Shown in pieces: positions 39,162 through 51,215 of a stretch of DNA of 64,000 nucleotides (the first letter of the stretch is position 1; each line of letters begins with the position of its first letter). The notes beneath the pieces are model-generated. The model worked only from the letters and a program-made list of their open reading frames with translations, ran no database searches and was not told the origin of the DNA. The position numbers were made by a program, and so were the translations under genes. The stretch is taken from NCBI GenBank assembly GCA_951406725.2, contig OX597821.1:45384001-45448000 (forward strand), written 5' to 3'. This DNA comes from Octopus vulgaris (Eukaryota).

Positions 39162-39243
39162 CCAACATATGTTTCGAAGAAAGCATTGAGATTATTCTGG
39201 AGGGAATAAAAATTATGTAAAACAATGCAATCATCTTGTCAGG
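39162..39243 (-). ncRNA. Hammerhead-like motif next to the Penelope-like RT
   Basis: Minus strand CC-CTGACAA-GATGATTGCATTG...CAATGCTTTCTTC-GAAA-CATATG-TT-GG. Deviations from consensus are explicable as CpG decay. Confidence 0.6.
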
Positions 39244-39586
39244 GGAAAAAGAGAAACAAAACACATCAATAAGCCATTTTAACCGAATGTGATTACTGTG
39301 TATATGATGAAGGGGAATACTAGCAAGTTATTTTTTATAACACCGTTAATAGATTTAACATCAAAGGTAATTTAGAGAAAGAGATGGAGGTGAAAGAAAG
39401 AAATTAACAGAAAATTAAGAGTGGAAAAATATTGTGTGATAGATGAATGGGAATACAGTTTAAAAGTGCGGAAATAGATATATGTAGTGGAAATGAAATG
39501 TAAGAAGATAGTTAAAGGTCAAATGTTATAAATTGGTAGAAATTACTTATAGGAACTGAAGGTATGTTTTTGCCAATGACTTACAG

Positions 39587-40117
39587 ATGAAGAAAGAGCC
39601 TCTTGATCCCAAACAACGCCGTTTTATTTTAAAAGACCACAAGCCAAATTTTTTTTATAACTCAACCTTACGACTTATTTGTCCTTCTAGCTCTGATATT
39701 GGTGTACATAGCAAAAATATTCTAGATAAATATATACCTTCTTTAGTTAAAAAATTAAAGCTTAATTTATGGTCTAATTCATTCCAAGTGGTCGACTGGT
39801 TTATTTCTATTAATAACAAGAAGTGCACTAAGTTTATCCTGTTTGACATTTCTAGTTACTATTCCTCTATTAACACAATTGTACTCAACAAAGGACTCTG
39901 GTTTGCATACAACAAAGCAGGTCTCAACTGGAATGAATTTAATATGGTGTTAGCTGCCAGAAAATCAATCATTAGATTTAAAAATAAGCTATGGGTCCAT
40001 AAAGATATGCCTGACAGTTTTGATATCACAATGGGAAGTTCTGACTCAGCACAATTGGCTGATTTGGTCAGTATATGTATCCTTTATGAGATATATATAT
40101 GTTTGAAGTATATATGA
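39587..40117 (+). mobile_element. Penelope-like element reverse transcriptase fragment (Naiad/Chlamys-like)
   Basis: FILKDHKPNF..RLICP, FDISSYYSSI, FDITMGSSDSAQLADLV; truncated before the YxDD motif. Confidence 0.8.
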
Positions 40118-40250
40118 GTTGAATAACACCTGCATTTGACTTCATTTCTTGATTTACCTACCTACACACCTACCTACCTACCTACCTACCTACCTACCTA
40201 CCTACCTACCTACCTACCTACCTACCTACCTACATACATACATACATACA

Positions 40251-40284
<34 letters not shown>

Positions 40285-40474
40285 CATACATACATGCATG
40301 CATACATACATACATATATATTATTAGACTATTTTTCTTAGTCATTGCATGGTGATCGCTATAAGCTTTAGGCTTATATAAATACCGTTATTATTATTTA
40401 CAGGATTGTAAAACCTGGCACCATATAACAAAAACCATTCGCACCGAAATATATATATATATCCATATACATAT

Positions 40475-40529
<55 letters not shown>

Positions 40530-40532
<3 letters not shown>

Positions 40533-41035
40533 TCATCATCATCATTTAACGTCCGCTTTCCATGCTAGCATGGGTTGGACGGTTCAACTGGGGTCTGGGG
40601 AGCCCGAAAGCTGCACCAGTCCAGTCAGATCTGGCAGTGTTTCTACAGCTGGATGCCCTTCCTAACGCCAACCACTCCGAGAGTGTAGTGGGTGATTTTA
40701 TGTGCCACCGACACAGGTGCCAGACGAGGCTGGCAAACGGCCACGCTCGGATGGTGTTTTTTATGTGCCACCGACACAGGTGCCAGACGAGGCTGGCAGA
40801 CGGCCACGCTCGGATGGTGTTTTTATGTGCCACCGACACAGGTGCCAGATGAGGCTGGCAAACGGCCACGATCGGATGGTGCTTGTTACGTGCCCACAGC
40901 ACGGAGGCGAGTCGATGCGGTACTGGCTACGGCCACGTTCGGATGGTTTTCTTGTGTGCCACGTGCCACCGGCACTGGTACCACAAAGATACAAATTCCA
41001 TTGATGTTCATCTATTTTGATTTGTTTTGATTTTC
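40530..41035 (-). mobile_element. RTE 3' UTR with about 3 tandem units and (GAT)n tail
   Basis: Reverse-complement relative of 35570-36282. Confidence 0.88.
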
Positions 41036-41707
41036 ACTATATATATATATATATAAGAGAGAGAGAGAGAGAAGCAAGAGAGAGAGAGAGAGAGAGCAAG
41101 AGAGAGAGAGAGAGAGACAGACAGCTAATTTATTCTAGCTATGAATAGCAGAAATAAAATGATGATGATGATGATGATGAAGGACAGTAAGGTTTATTGA
41201 AATAATGAAAATTAAATGCATTAAAGTATTTAATTTTGTTTCCTAAGTTTAGAGTTCAAATAACTTGTTCCAAGAGAAATTGACCTTGTCCTTTACTAAA
41301 AAAGCAAATTATTTAACAGACATTCCCTAAACACAGTAGAAGGAACAGTTTCCTTACAAAACGGCACTTATGAGTCAGTTTCGATTTTTATTTCTTTGTT
41401 GACTTTATATTTTGCTGCTAATGCCCTGGAGAGTGGCATGTACGTCAGACAATCTTATTTCAATTTCTGTTGATAATTGAGTGTGAGAAGGAAACAAAAA
41501 GCAAGAGTGTTGATTGGGATAATAAGATATAAGAGAAAGGACAAATGGAAGTGGGAGAGGGCAAAAAAAGAGTAATGGAAGAGGGACAGTATCAGTAGGG
41601 AATAATGAGAGAGACACAATATTAGCAGATTCTAATAGAAGAGGAAGTGCAATGGTAGGGAGTTATGGGAGAGACACAATATTGGCAGTTAGTAATAGAA
41701 GAAGGAA

Positions 41708-44700
41708 AGTAGTTGTGAATCAGTCTGTGCTTCGTCCTGTGTCTTTGCTGGTCTTCTTCCATTGACTCCATTAGCTCCATTCACTTTGGCTACTTGGCAC
41801 TTCTTTATGCAGCTACTATCTTCAATTATATTCTATGCATGCTATTTTCATCAAGGATTCTGACCTATTTATTGGTTATAGAGACTGGGATGTTTAGAAT
41901 TAATTAGCATCGTATGATATTAAGCTACACTTTGTCACAATGTAAAACCACTGATTGTCTAGCTGGTACACTGGAACCCTGTCAATTTACCAATACTTTC
42001 TAGAACCATAGGAGAGAAAATTAACAAATTATGATTATTCATGCCTTCATTGAGTGCATTTGCAAATTAAGTGAATTGTAATCAGTTCCTTATTTGTAAT
42101 TAGATATGAAAATTAGTTTCAGACTTCAGTTAGCTAGTGTCATATAACAGCAAATATTGTGATATTGTTTAAATAATGAAGTAATATATATGTGCATATA
42201 AATGTAATAGTCATGGTGAGAGATGCAATAGTGAGGAAGAAGGCGGCACACAAAGCTTTCTGTAATAATAGGACTGAGCAAATGAAAGCCGGGTATAATG
42301 ACAGGAAGAATCGTGCAAAAAGGGTGGTTGCAAGATCTATGAGGAAGGAGGCTGAGGGGTGGGGGTGAGTGGGCTGGATGAGAACCCAGATAGAGTGTTT
42401 AGGTTTATTAAATCAATGAAAAATGATGGAAGAGATGTTGAGGGAGGAAGATGCGTGAGGGGGAGTGATGGACGGTTGAATTTCAGTGAGAAGGAGAGGA
42501 GAAGAGTTTGGAAGGAGCATATGGAGGGAATTATGAATGAGGAGAATGAATGGGATCAGGGGGTGGAATTTGCTGTGGTGAAGGGGCCAGCAGAGAGGGA
42601 TAGTTGGGAAGAAGTAGTGGAGGCAATGGAGGAAATGAAAAGAGGAAAGGCAGCTGGTCCATCAGAAGTAAGTGTGGAAATGATAACTGCAAGTGGAGAA
42701 ATAAGGATTGTTGTGATGATGGAGCTCTGACAAGGCATGCTGGATGGAAGAGAATGCCAGATGATTGGGCACTAAGTGTGGTGCTATAAGTTGTGGGGCA
42801 TATAAAGGAGTAAAAGTATTGGAGCATGCAATGAAGATAATGGGCAGGGTGTTGGAGAGGAGAATTCAGAAAGGGGTGGATGTGGATGAGATGCAATTTG
42901 GTTTTATGCTAGGAAGAGGGACAACAGATGCAGTGTTCAATGTAAGGAGATTGCAGGATGAATACTGAGATAAGGGGAAGGAGTTGTACATGTGCTTCAT
43001 TGATCTGGAGAAGGCATTTGACAGGGTTCCAAGGAAGGTGATTGAGTGGGCATTGAGGAAGAGAGGTATACTAGAGGTAATAGTGAGAGCAATGATGAGT
43101 TTGTATGAGGGGGTAAAGACAAGTATGAGAATTGGATCAGAGCTGTCAGAGGGGTTTGTGGTGAAAGTTGGTGTGCATCAGGGATCTGTGTTGTCTCCAT
43201 TGTTGTTTGCAATAGTGGTTGATGTGGTGACAGAGAGTGCAAGAGAGGGGTTGATTATGAAGATATTGTATGCAGATGACCTTGTTCTGATGAGTGAGAT
43301 GATGAAGGGATTGAGGGAGATGTTTTGGAAATGGAAAAAGGCGTTTGAAAGCAAATGTTTGAAGGTAAACCTCATGATGGCAAAGGTGATGGTGAGTGGA
43401 GTGGAAGGAGAAGCATTAGTGAGTAAGGTGGCTCCATGTGGTGCATGTAGGAGGAGGGTAATGACAAATGTAGTGTTGTGTACGAGATGTGAGAAATGGA
43501 TTCAGAGTAGGTGTACGAAAATGAAGAAGGTGACCCAAGACTGGCAAAGGAGTTTGTTTGTGGAAGATGTGAGAAAGGAGTTGGAGGGCTGGTGAAGTCA
43601 GTGGAAACACTATGTGATGAGGTGGAGATAGTGAGAGGGTTTTGTCATTTGGGAGATAAAGTGGATGTAAAAGGTGGATGTGAAGCAGCTGTGACAGCAA
43701 GAGTGAGATTTGGCTGGGTGAAGTTCAAGGAATGTGGAGAGTTTTATATAAGGGAAAAGGTCTTCATTGAAGATGAAAGGACAGGTCTATAGGAGTTGTA
43801 CGAGAGTTGCAAAGGTGTATAGTAGTGAGACATGGTGTTTGAGGGAGAGAGAGAGATGTTAGTTTTGAGAAGGACTGAGAGAGCAATGGTGAGAGAAATG
43901 TGTGGCATGAGGCTGTCTGATAAGAGGAGGACTGAGAACTTGATGGGGATGCTGGAGTTGGATGAATCAGTGTCTGTCAAGGGTAAATGGAGTGCAGTGG
44001 TATGGGCATGTGTTGAGGTGGGATGAGGAGCATGTTCTGAAGAGAGTGCTAGGAGTTGAGGTAAATGGACAGTTAAAACAAGATAAACTGAGGAAAACGT
44101 GGAGGGGACAGGTGGAGGAGGAGATTGGGAAGGTTGGCTTGAGAAGGGAGGGCACCCAATACCGGGCAAGATGGCGAGATGGTTTCAGGGCAGTTGCTAT
44201 GGCATTGAGGTAGATCTGGCCACCCCTATTAACGGGGACAAAACCCGGATTCAAAATGATGGATGATGATGATGGAGAATGAAGACTGAGGAAAACATGG
44301 GAAGAATGGAGAACATTAGAGGAGAGAAAGGAGATGACAAGGGACCACAGCAAGACATTCTACCAGAGAAGACCCAAGAAATCCATGAAGGCATTAAAAA
44401 AAATGATTTATTACTTACTACTGATAAAATATTGGTTTCAAGTTTTGGTACAAGGCCAGCAATTTTAGAGGAGGGGCAAGTCAATTACATTGCCCCCAGT
44501 GTTCAGCTGGTACTTGTTTTATCGACCCCAGAAAGATGAAAAGCAAAGTCAACCTTGGTGGAATTTGAACTTGGAACATAAGATGGACAAAATGCTTGGC
44601 ATGCTTATGATGCTGCCAGCTCACAGCTTTTAACTACTAATAAAATATTACTAATACTTTACTATTGGTTAAATTTACTTTGAGGCTTCCCGAGTCTAGA

Positions 44701-45907
44701 TTTTGCTTTCATGTTTGGAACTTCTGGTTATATGATCTATGTTATAAGTACACAGGAGTTCCTATGAACTGCTTAGCTTAAACATAGGTGTTATGATCTG
44801 TAAGACTATAATAAACTGGATGGAGCTGAAGACAGCTCTTGACAGACCCTAAATTCAAGCTTAGTTCATTGTGTAAAAAAAATCTGTTCACAGTCATGTC
44901 AATAATATATCAATTGTAAATGTAAATATCGTTATGCCTGTAGATTTGAGTTGTATTAAAATGATATAATGTCTCTTGAATCCTACTCAGACTTGTTATC
45001 ATTTTGAGTAATTATGTCAGTATATAAAGTATATTTCTAATTGTAATCTGTAACAATTATATTTTAGAGACAAAAGATCATTAAATTTTATCTATGACTT
45101 AATCATTGATCTTTATAATTGTAACAAAGCATGGCTCCCCTTATCACTGTCATACTCTCGTACATATCAAATATCCTATTAATTGGCCTTCACTCACCAC
45201 CACCACCACCACTACCACCACCACCACCACTACCACCACCAAAACCACCACCACCACAACCACCACCACCACCACCACCATAATCATTTTACCTCCATTT
45301 TTTTTGCTTTCAGGGATTTCATGGGTCTTCTCCATTGCAATGTCCTGCTAATAGTAGTGGTTCCTTGTCATCTTTCTTTTCTCTAATGTCCTCCATTCTT
45401 AAATGATCAACGTTCACCAATTCTTCCCATGTCTTCCTCAGTCTTCTTTCTCCAAGACTATTATATTTATATGCACATATATATCACTTCATTATTTAAG
45501 CAATATCACAATATTTGCTGTTATACAACACTAGCTAACTGAAGTCTGAAACTAATCTTCATATCTAATTAGAAATAAGGAACTGATTACACTTCACTTA
45601 ATTTGCAAACCTACTCAAAGAAGGCATGAATAATCAGAATTTGTTAATTTTCCTCTCCTATGATTCAAGAAAGTACCAGCTAGACAATGGTTTTACATTG
45701 TGACAAAGTGTAGCTTAATATCATACAATGTTAATTATTTCTAAATATCTCAGTCTCTATAGACAATAAATAGGTTAGGATCCTTGATGAAAGTAGAATG
45801 GATAGAATTAGCTACATAAAAAAGTGCCAAGTATCCAAAGTGAATGGAGCCAATAGAAGAAAACCAGCAAAGACATAGGACAAAGTGTAGACTGATTCAC
45901 AACTACT
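41708..45907. repeat. Long imperfect inverted repeat; left arm 41708-42216 plus 44272-44405, right arm 45295-45907
   Basis: AAGCTACACTTTGTCACAATGTAAAACCA versus TGGTTTTACATTGTGACAAAGTGTAGCTT, with continuous similarity over more than 600 bp. Confidence 0.9.
42217..44271 (+). mobile_element. 5'-truncated RTE LINE with stops and frameshifts
   Basis: MQFGFMLGRGTTDAVF, FIDLEKAFDRVPR, GVHQGSVLSPLLF, LYADDLVL; (GAT)n tail; possible ATGG TSD. Confidence 0.95.
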
Positions 45908-46139
45908 TTCCCTCTTTTTTACTGACTGTGATAAAGTGCAGAACACTATCATTGCAATGTTAATCAATTCTAAATATCCCAGTCTTTGTAGCCAACAAAT
46001 AGGCAAGAATCTCTGATGAAAATAGCATAGAAAGAATATTGCTGAAGATTCTATGAAATTGTTCATGGTGATGTGGCTCAGAGAGAAATTGCTTCCATTC
46101 AATTGATTTGCTCTAGAAATAATCACTGCATGAGTTTAA

Positions 46140-46315
46140 CCCTTTAGCATTTAAACCAGCCAGATCTTACCTCTTGCAGGTACCCTACAGTGTCATTTTA
46201 AAAATAAACAATCACATCATTAAAATTTCAAAGCTATGAGATAAAGCATAGTTAATTCCACACAGTGTGAATAAATAAACATTACACTTGACAGGGTAAT
46301 CTGAATGTTAAAGGG
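46140..46315. mobile_element. piggyBac-type MITE
   Basis: TTAA|CCCTTTAGCATT...AATGTTAAAGGG|TTAA. Confidence 0.85.
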
Positions 46316-46499
46316 TTAAACTAAAATATTCACAAATGACCCAAGTAACCATTAAGGTGAAGGCCTCCACTTCCCTGCCCCCACTAAGAAGAACACCACC
46401 ACCACCACCACCACCACCACCACCACCACTACCTCTTTGAACATAAATCTGCTCAATCAAGGCTAATTTAGATTTACAACAACAACAACAACAACAATG

Positions 46500-46544
<45 letters not shown>

Positions 46545-46815
46545 ACATCAACAACAACAATAACATAAACAACTGCAGCAATAGCATCAACATGAATTGG
46601 GAATTAAGAAGTGATAACTCAATCAAACTTTATTAATAAGCAATATTAATGTTTCAGTCATTTGACTGTTTAGTCGAATGACTCAACTTATTCTATGTAA
46701 ACCTAGTACTTATTCAGTCGTTATCTTTTGCTGAACCTACATCAGTTGTCATACGATGGTGGTGGTGGTGGTGAGGGGACAAGTACGGACACACAAACAT
46801 ATACATATACATATA

Positions 46816-47197
46816 CTAGCAGTATCGTTGCTTGGGTTTGTTTCGAGCCTTTAGAATTGAAATTTTTGAAAAGTGAAAATTTCGCATTATGTAGCTTGCT
46901 ATTCTCTTTAAGTGAATATTTTTCTGGTTGAAATACACCGAAAAATGGCAACACAGCAGTCAAAAAGTCGTAAAAAATAGAGATTTTCATAGAAAAAAAA
47001 GCACCTTTTTGATGTAGATAATTTTTGGTGTTAACATGGTCTGATTTGAATTTTTTCTTCTACGGAATGAAGAGCAAGCCTTCTTCTATCATACTCTCAA
47101 TTTTGGCCAACTTGCACCGCAGGGTCTCGGAGGAGATAGTGTTAGTTGAAGGCTACCAAACCTGACATACACAGACAACTTCAGCTTTATATATAGA
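46816..47197 (-). mobile_element. Non-autonomous Helitron nested in a minus-strand SINE A (46650-47337)
   Basis: Minus strand begins TCTATATATAAAG, ends CTAG, and sits between A and T; SINE halves on either side. Confidence 0.85.
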
Positions 47198-47858
47198 TAT
47201 ATAGATATATACGATGGGCTTCTTTAAGTTTCTGTCTACCAAATCCACTCACAAGGCTTTGGTCAGCCTGAGGCTACAGTAGAAGACACTAACCCAAGGT
47301 GCCATGAAGTGGGACTGAACCTGAAACCATGTGGTTGTTATAATTAATTGTTAAATGAACAATATTATTGTTATTCATTGCATATTTTAATTGCAAATAT
47401 ACAAAAGAAAACATTGTTTCATTTAATGCTTATGTTAATTTAATAGAAAATTAGCATTTTGAAAAAGTAAAATTATATTTTTAAAATTTCGAAATTATAT
47501 TTTCATAATTACATTTGGAAAACGCAAAATAATAATTATTATACCTATGTAATATAAGTTTCAAATTTTGGCACAAGGCCAGCAATTTTGAGGCAAGGTG
47601 TAAGTCAATTACATTGACCCAGTGTTCAACTTGTACTTATTTTATTGACCCTGAAAGGATGAAAGGTAAAGTCAACCCAGGCAGTATTTGTACTCAGAAT
47701 GTAAAAAAAGGACAAAATGCTGCTATGCACTTTGCCCAGAGTGCTAACAATTCTGCCATCTTGCTGCCTTTATACCTATGTAGTATTACTTGATATTACT
47801 TGCATTGATAAAACTATATCCCTACATTGCCTGTCATATGATGTAACACTCTTGCATA

Positions 47859-48240
47859 TCTATTATATAAAATCTGTTCTGTCTGTCTGTCTGTGTATCG
47901 TCTAGGATCTCGGGCATACTCCATCCGATCGCGCTCAAATTTGATATGTAGATACCGATGGTATCAGGGCGTGTATAAGTCTTGAAAAAATTACAAAAAT
48001 CGATTCCATGTGAGAATGCGATCGATAAAGCTGTGGGAATGTGCATTTGTACGAGTAAGTACATCAGCTGTTGCAATCAATACTATGCGTATGCGAGAAA
48101 AATGCATGTGCAGTTTGTACAAAAAAAGCTGGCTGCTTGAAATAATGCCACAAAATGGGACGATCGGACAAGTTGTTTTGAGAAAATTTGGTTTAAATGT
48201 TTGACAACTCAGTACCGTCCATTGAACGGGGGGGGGGAGC
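47859..48240 (+). mobile_element. Helitron-like non-autonomous element, 5' part
   Basis: A|TCTATTATATAAAATC start, (TCTG)n, second copy at 18075-18375; 3' end not identified. Confidence 0.7.
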
Positions 48241-48736
48241 ATTTTGCTCATTTCTATATAATTGTGATGTTTACATAAGCTACACAACATAAGTTCACAA
48301 CAGTAGGTTTAAATTTTCCAATGTGTATTATAACTGGGGTTATAGTTCACCACTATTAACTAAGAGGCTAACTATAAAACTCTTTCACATCAAACTGGTA
48401 GTCACCCTAAACTGTCCTGCTCATGTGCAGACATGAAAAGTCCATGTAATGCATGTAACAACAACATTGACATAACATTGATATTGTAGAATAGGCAGGT
48501 AGATAGCATGTGGAGATGTTGACTGGATACATTTATGAATTAATAATGAAATATTATAAATATAATATTACTGCAACTGCAAAAGATCAATTGTTTCAGT
48601 GTTTGTGGCTTCTGAATTCCCTTTGTGATTCTGCAGCTTCAACATGGTGATGATGTACAATTCATTAAGTTGTGGTGATTAGCATGATCTTGTTATGTTG
48701 GTGTTATGGAAGGTGCTGTAAATTGAAGTAGAAGTG

Positions 48737-48787
<51 letters not shown>

Positions 48788-49649
48788 ATGGTGGCAGTGG
48801 TGATGGAACTGCTGCTGCTGCTGGTAGCTGGAAAAACTTGATGATGTTGATCTGTTAGAACCATTCCATTACCACATGGGTCACATGATTGAATGGTAGC
48901 TTTACATGAGATGGAGAAGTTAGTGATGCTGGCCCATTGACAACATTATTATGATTAACTGATGTTTTGGTTGGAGGAGAATATTTAGAAATTATTTGCT
49001 CCAATAACACTCATTGAGCTTTGTGTTTCACCCTGTTTGTGTTTTCTGTCAGCATGAATAAGATAATTTATCTCCACAGAGAATTTTATTATCTTGTGTT
49101 CTTGTAAGCATTTGTCAAATCTAGTATTAAAAAGGGACCATAATCACTCTTAATTGACTGCCAAGTGATTCCTCAGCTGGAGATAGCTTGCAGACATCAA
49201 ATATACTGCAATGGTTGGAAAAGAACCTATGGTAATTACTCCAAACTTTACAATTGATACAAAGTAAGCTTTTACACACCATTTTTTGATGTACCATTAA
49301 ATTGGGGGATGTTGTCTATGAGTAGTGTGTGTGTGTGCACGCACGCATATATTCATGCATACACATACATGCACTGCATACATGAGAACACATACTCATA
49401 TACATACACACACACATACATACATACATACATGCGCATGCATGCATACACATTTTGTAACTGGTGCACAAAAGAAAATACTGAATACAAGAATTTATTG
49501 TGAACGCAAATGGTTAGTTACTTAGATTACTATAGTAATTAATTTTTCATTTAAGAAACCTTTCTAATTTTGGCACAAGGCCAGTAATTTTAAGGAGAGA
49601 TAGAAATCAATTACATTGAGTCCAGTGCTTAACTGGTACTTATTTTATT

Positions 49650-49863
49650 CTTTTCTACTCTAGGCACGAGGTCCAAAATTTTTGGGGAGAGGGCCAGTCG
49701 ACTAGATTGACCCCAGTGTTCAACTGGAACTTAATTTATTGACTCTAAAAGAATGAAAGGCAAAGTCAACCTCGGCGGAATTTGAACTCAGAACGTAAAG
49801 ACTGATGAAATACCGCTAAGCATTTTGCCTGGCATGCTAATGCTTCTGCTAGCTCACTGTCTT
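49650..49863 (-). mobile_element. SINE B nested inside an older SINE B, with 16-bp TSD
   Basis: TGGTACTTATTTTATT at 49634-49649 and 49864-49879; the outer copy continues across the insertion. Confidence 0.85.
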
Positions 49864-50329
49864 TGGTACTTATTTTATTGACTGCAAAAAGATAAAACCC
49901 AAAGTCAACCTAGGTGGCATTTGAACTCAGAACGTAAAGAATCAGAAGAAATTACATAACTCTTTAATAATTCTTTCTAATTTTGGTGCAAGGCCTTTTT
50001 TTTTTTTTGTGGGAAGAGGAAAGTCAAAAACACCAGTCCCCAGAAATAAACTGGTTCTAATTTTACTGACCTTAATAAGATGAAAGGCAAAGGTAATCTT
50101 GGTGGCATTTGAACTCAGAATATAATGCCACTGAGCATTTTGTTCTGCATGTTAACATTACTACCAGCTCATTGCCTTTCTTCTTAATATAATAATGACA
50201 GTATATGGAGGAGACATTTCTTTTAATACAGTATTAATAATTGTTACTCATTATAAATTCATTGTGCATACACATTTATCACTGGATGAAAAAGTAATTT
50301 ACACAGTATAAGAGTTTCATATATATATA

Positions 50330-51160
50330 TATTGACAGCTAAAAAATTGAGGAAACATTAGATAAGGTGTGTAATTATCTTGCAATCAAATCAGTTTAAT
50401 TGAATGAATTCTAATCCACTGTTCAAAACCACTATCATTAGAATATCAAACTTGGAGAAGTTGGAAAATAGACATTTCTCTTATGCACCCACTGGAACAT
50501 AAAAGGATTTTAACCCTAGAAGTGTATGAGTCAATTACAATTGATACATTCCCAGCATTTTATAATTATCCCCAGTCTATATGTAATCTTTCCCCAAAGC
50601 AGTGGTTCAATGCACTTAGCAGTGCAAGGGATGCCCTTAAATCTGATTTTAGCACATGTTACAAAATCTGACAAGTTCTTCAGAATTGCTAAGATAAAGA
50701 CACCAAACTCAAGCACTTGTTCCATTTTTTTTTATCCTTTGTTCTATCATAAATTGTTGAGAAGTTGTTTCCAATAAAGTTTGGGAATAAATAATCTGTT
50801 TAATTTATTAAAAATTAGACCATTCTTTACAGTCAGTTCACAAGAATGTCTTGCAAATTATTGTTCTGAATGAGTTAGTCTTGACCAATCTTTTCCAGTA
50901 ATATGATACTTTAACTTAAAGTGCACTTATGTTAAAATTATTTTTAATGTCTTCAAATTTTTGAGCATTGGCAAAAAAAAAAATTCATTATTATAGGCGT
51001 AGGAGTGGCTGTGTGGTAAGTAGCTTGCTTACGAACCACATGGTTCTGGGTTCAGTCCCACTATGTGGCACCTTGGACAAGTGTCTTCTACTATAGCCTC
51101 GGGCCGACCAAAGACTTGTGAGTGGATTTGATAGACGGAAACTGAAAGAAGCCCATCGTA

Positions 51161-51215
<55 letters not shown>

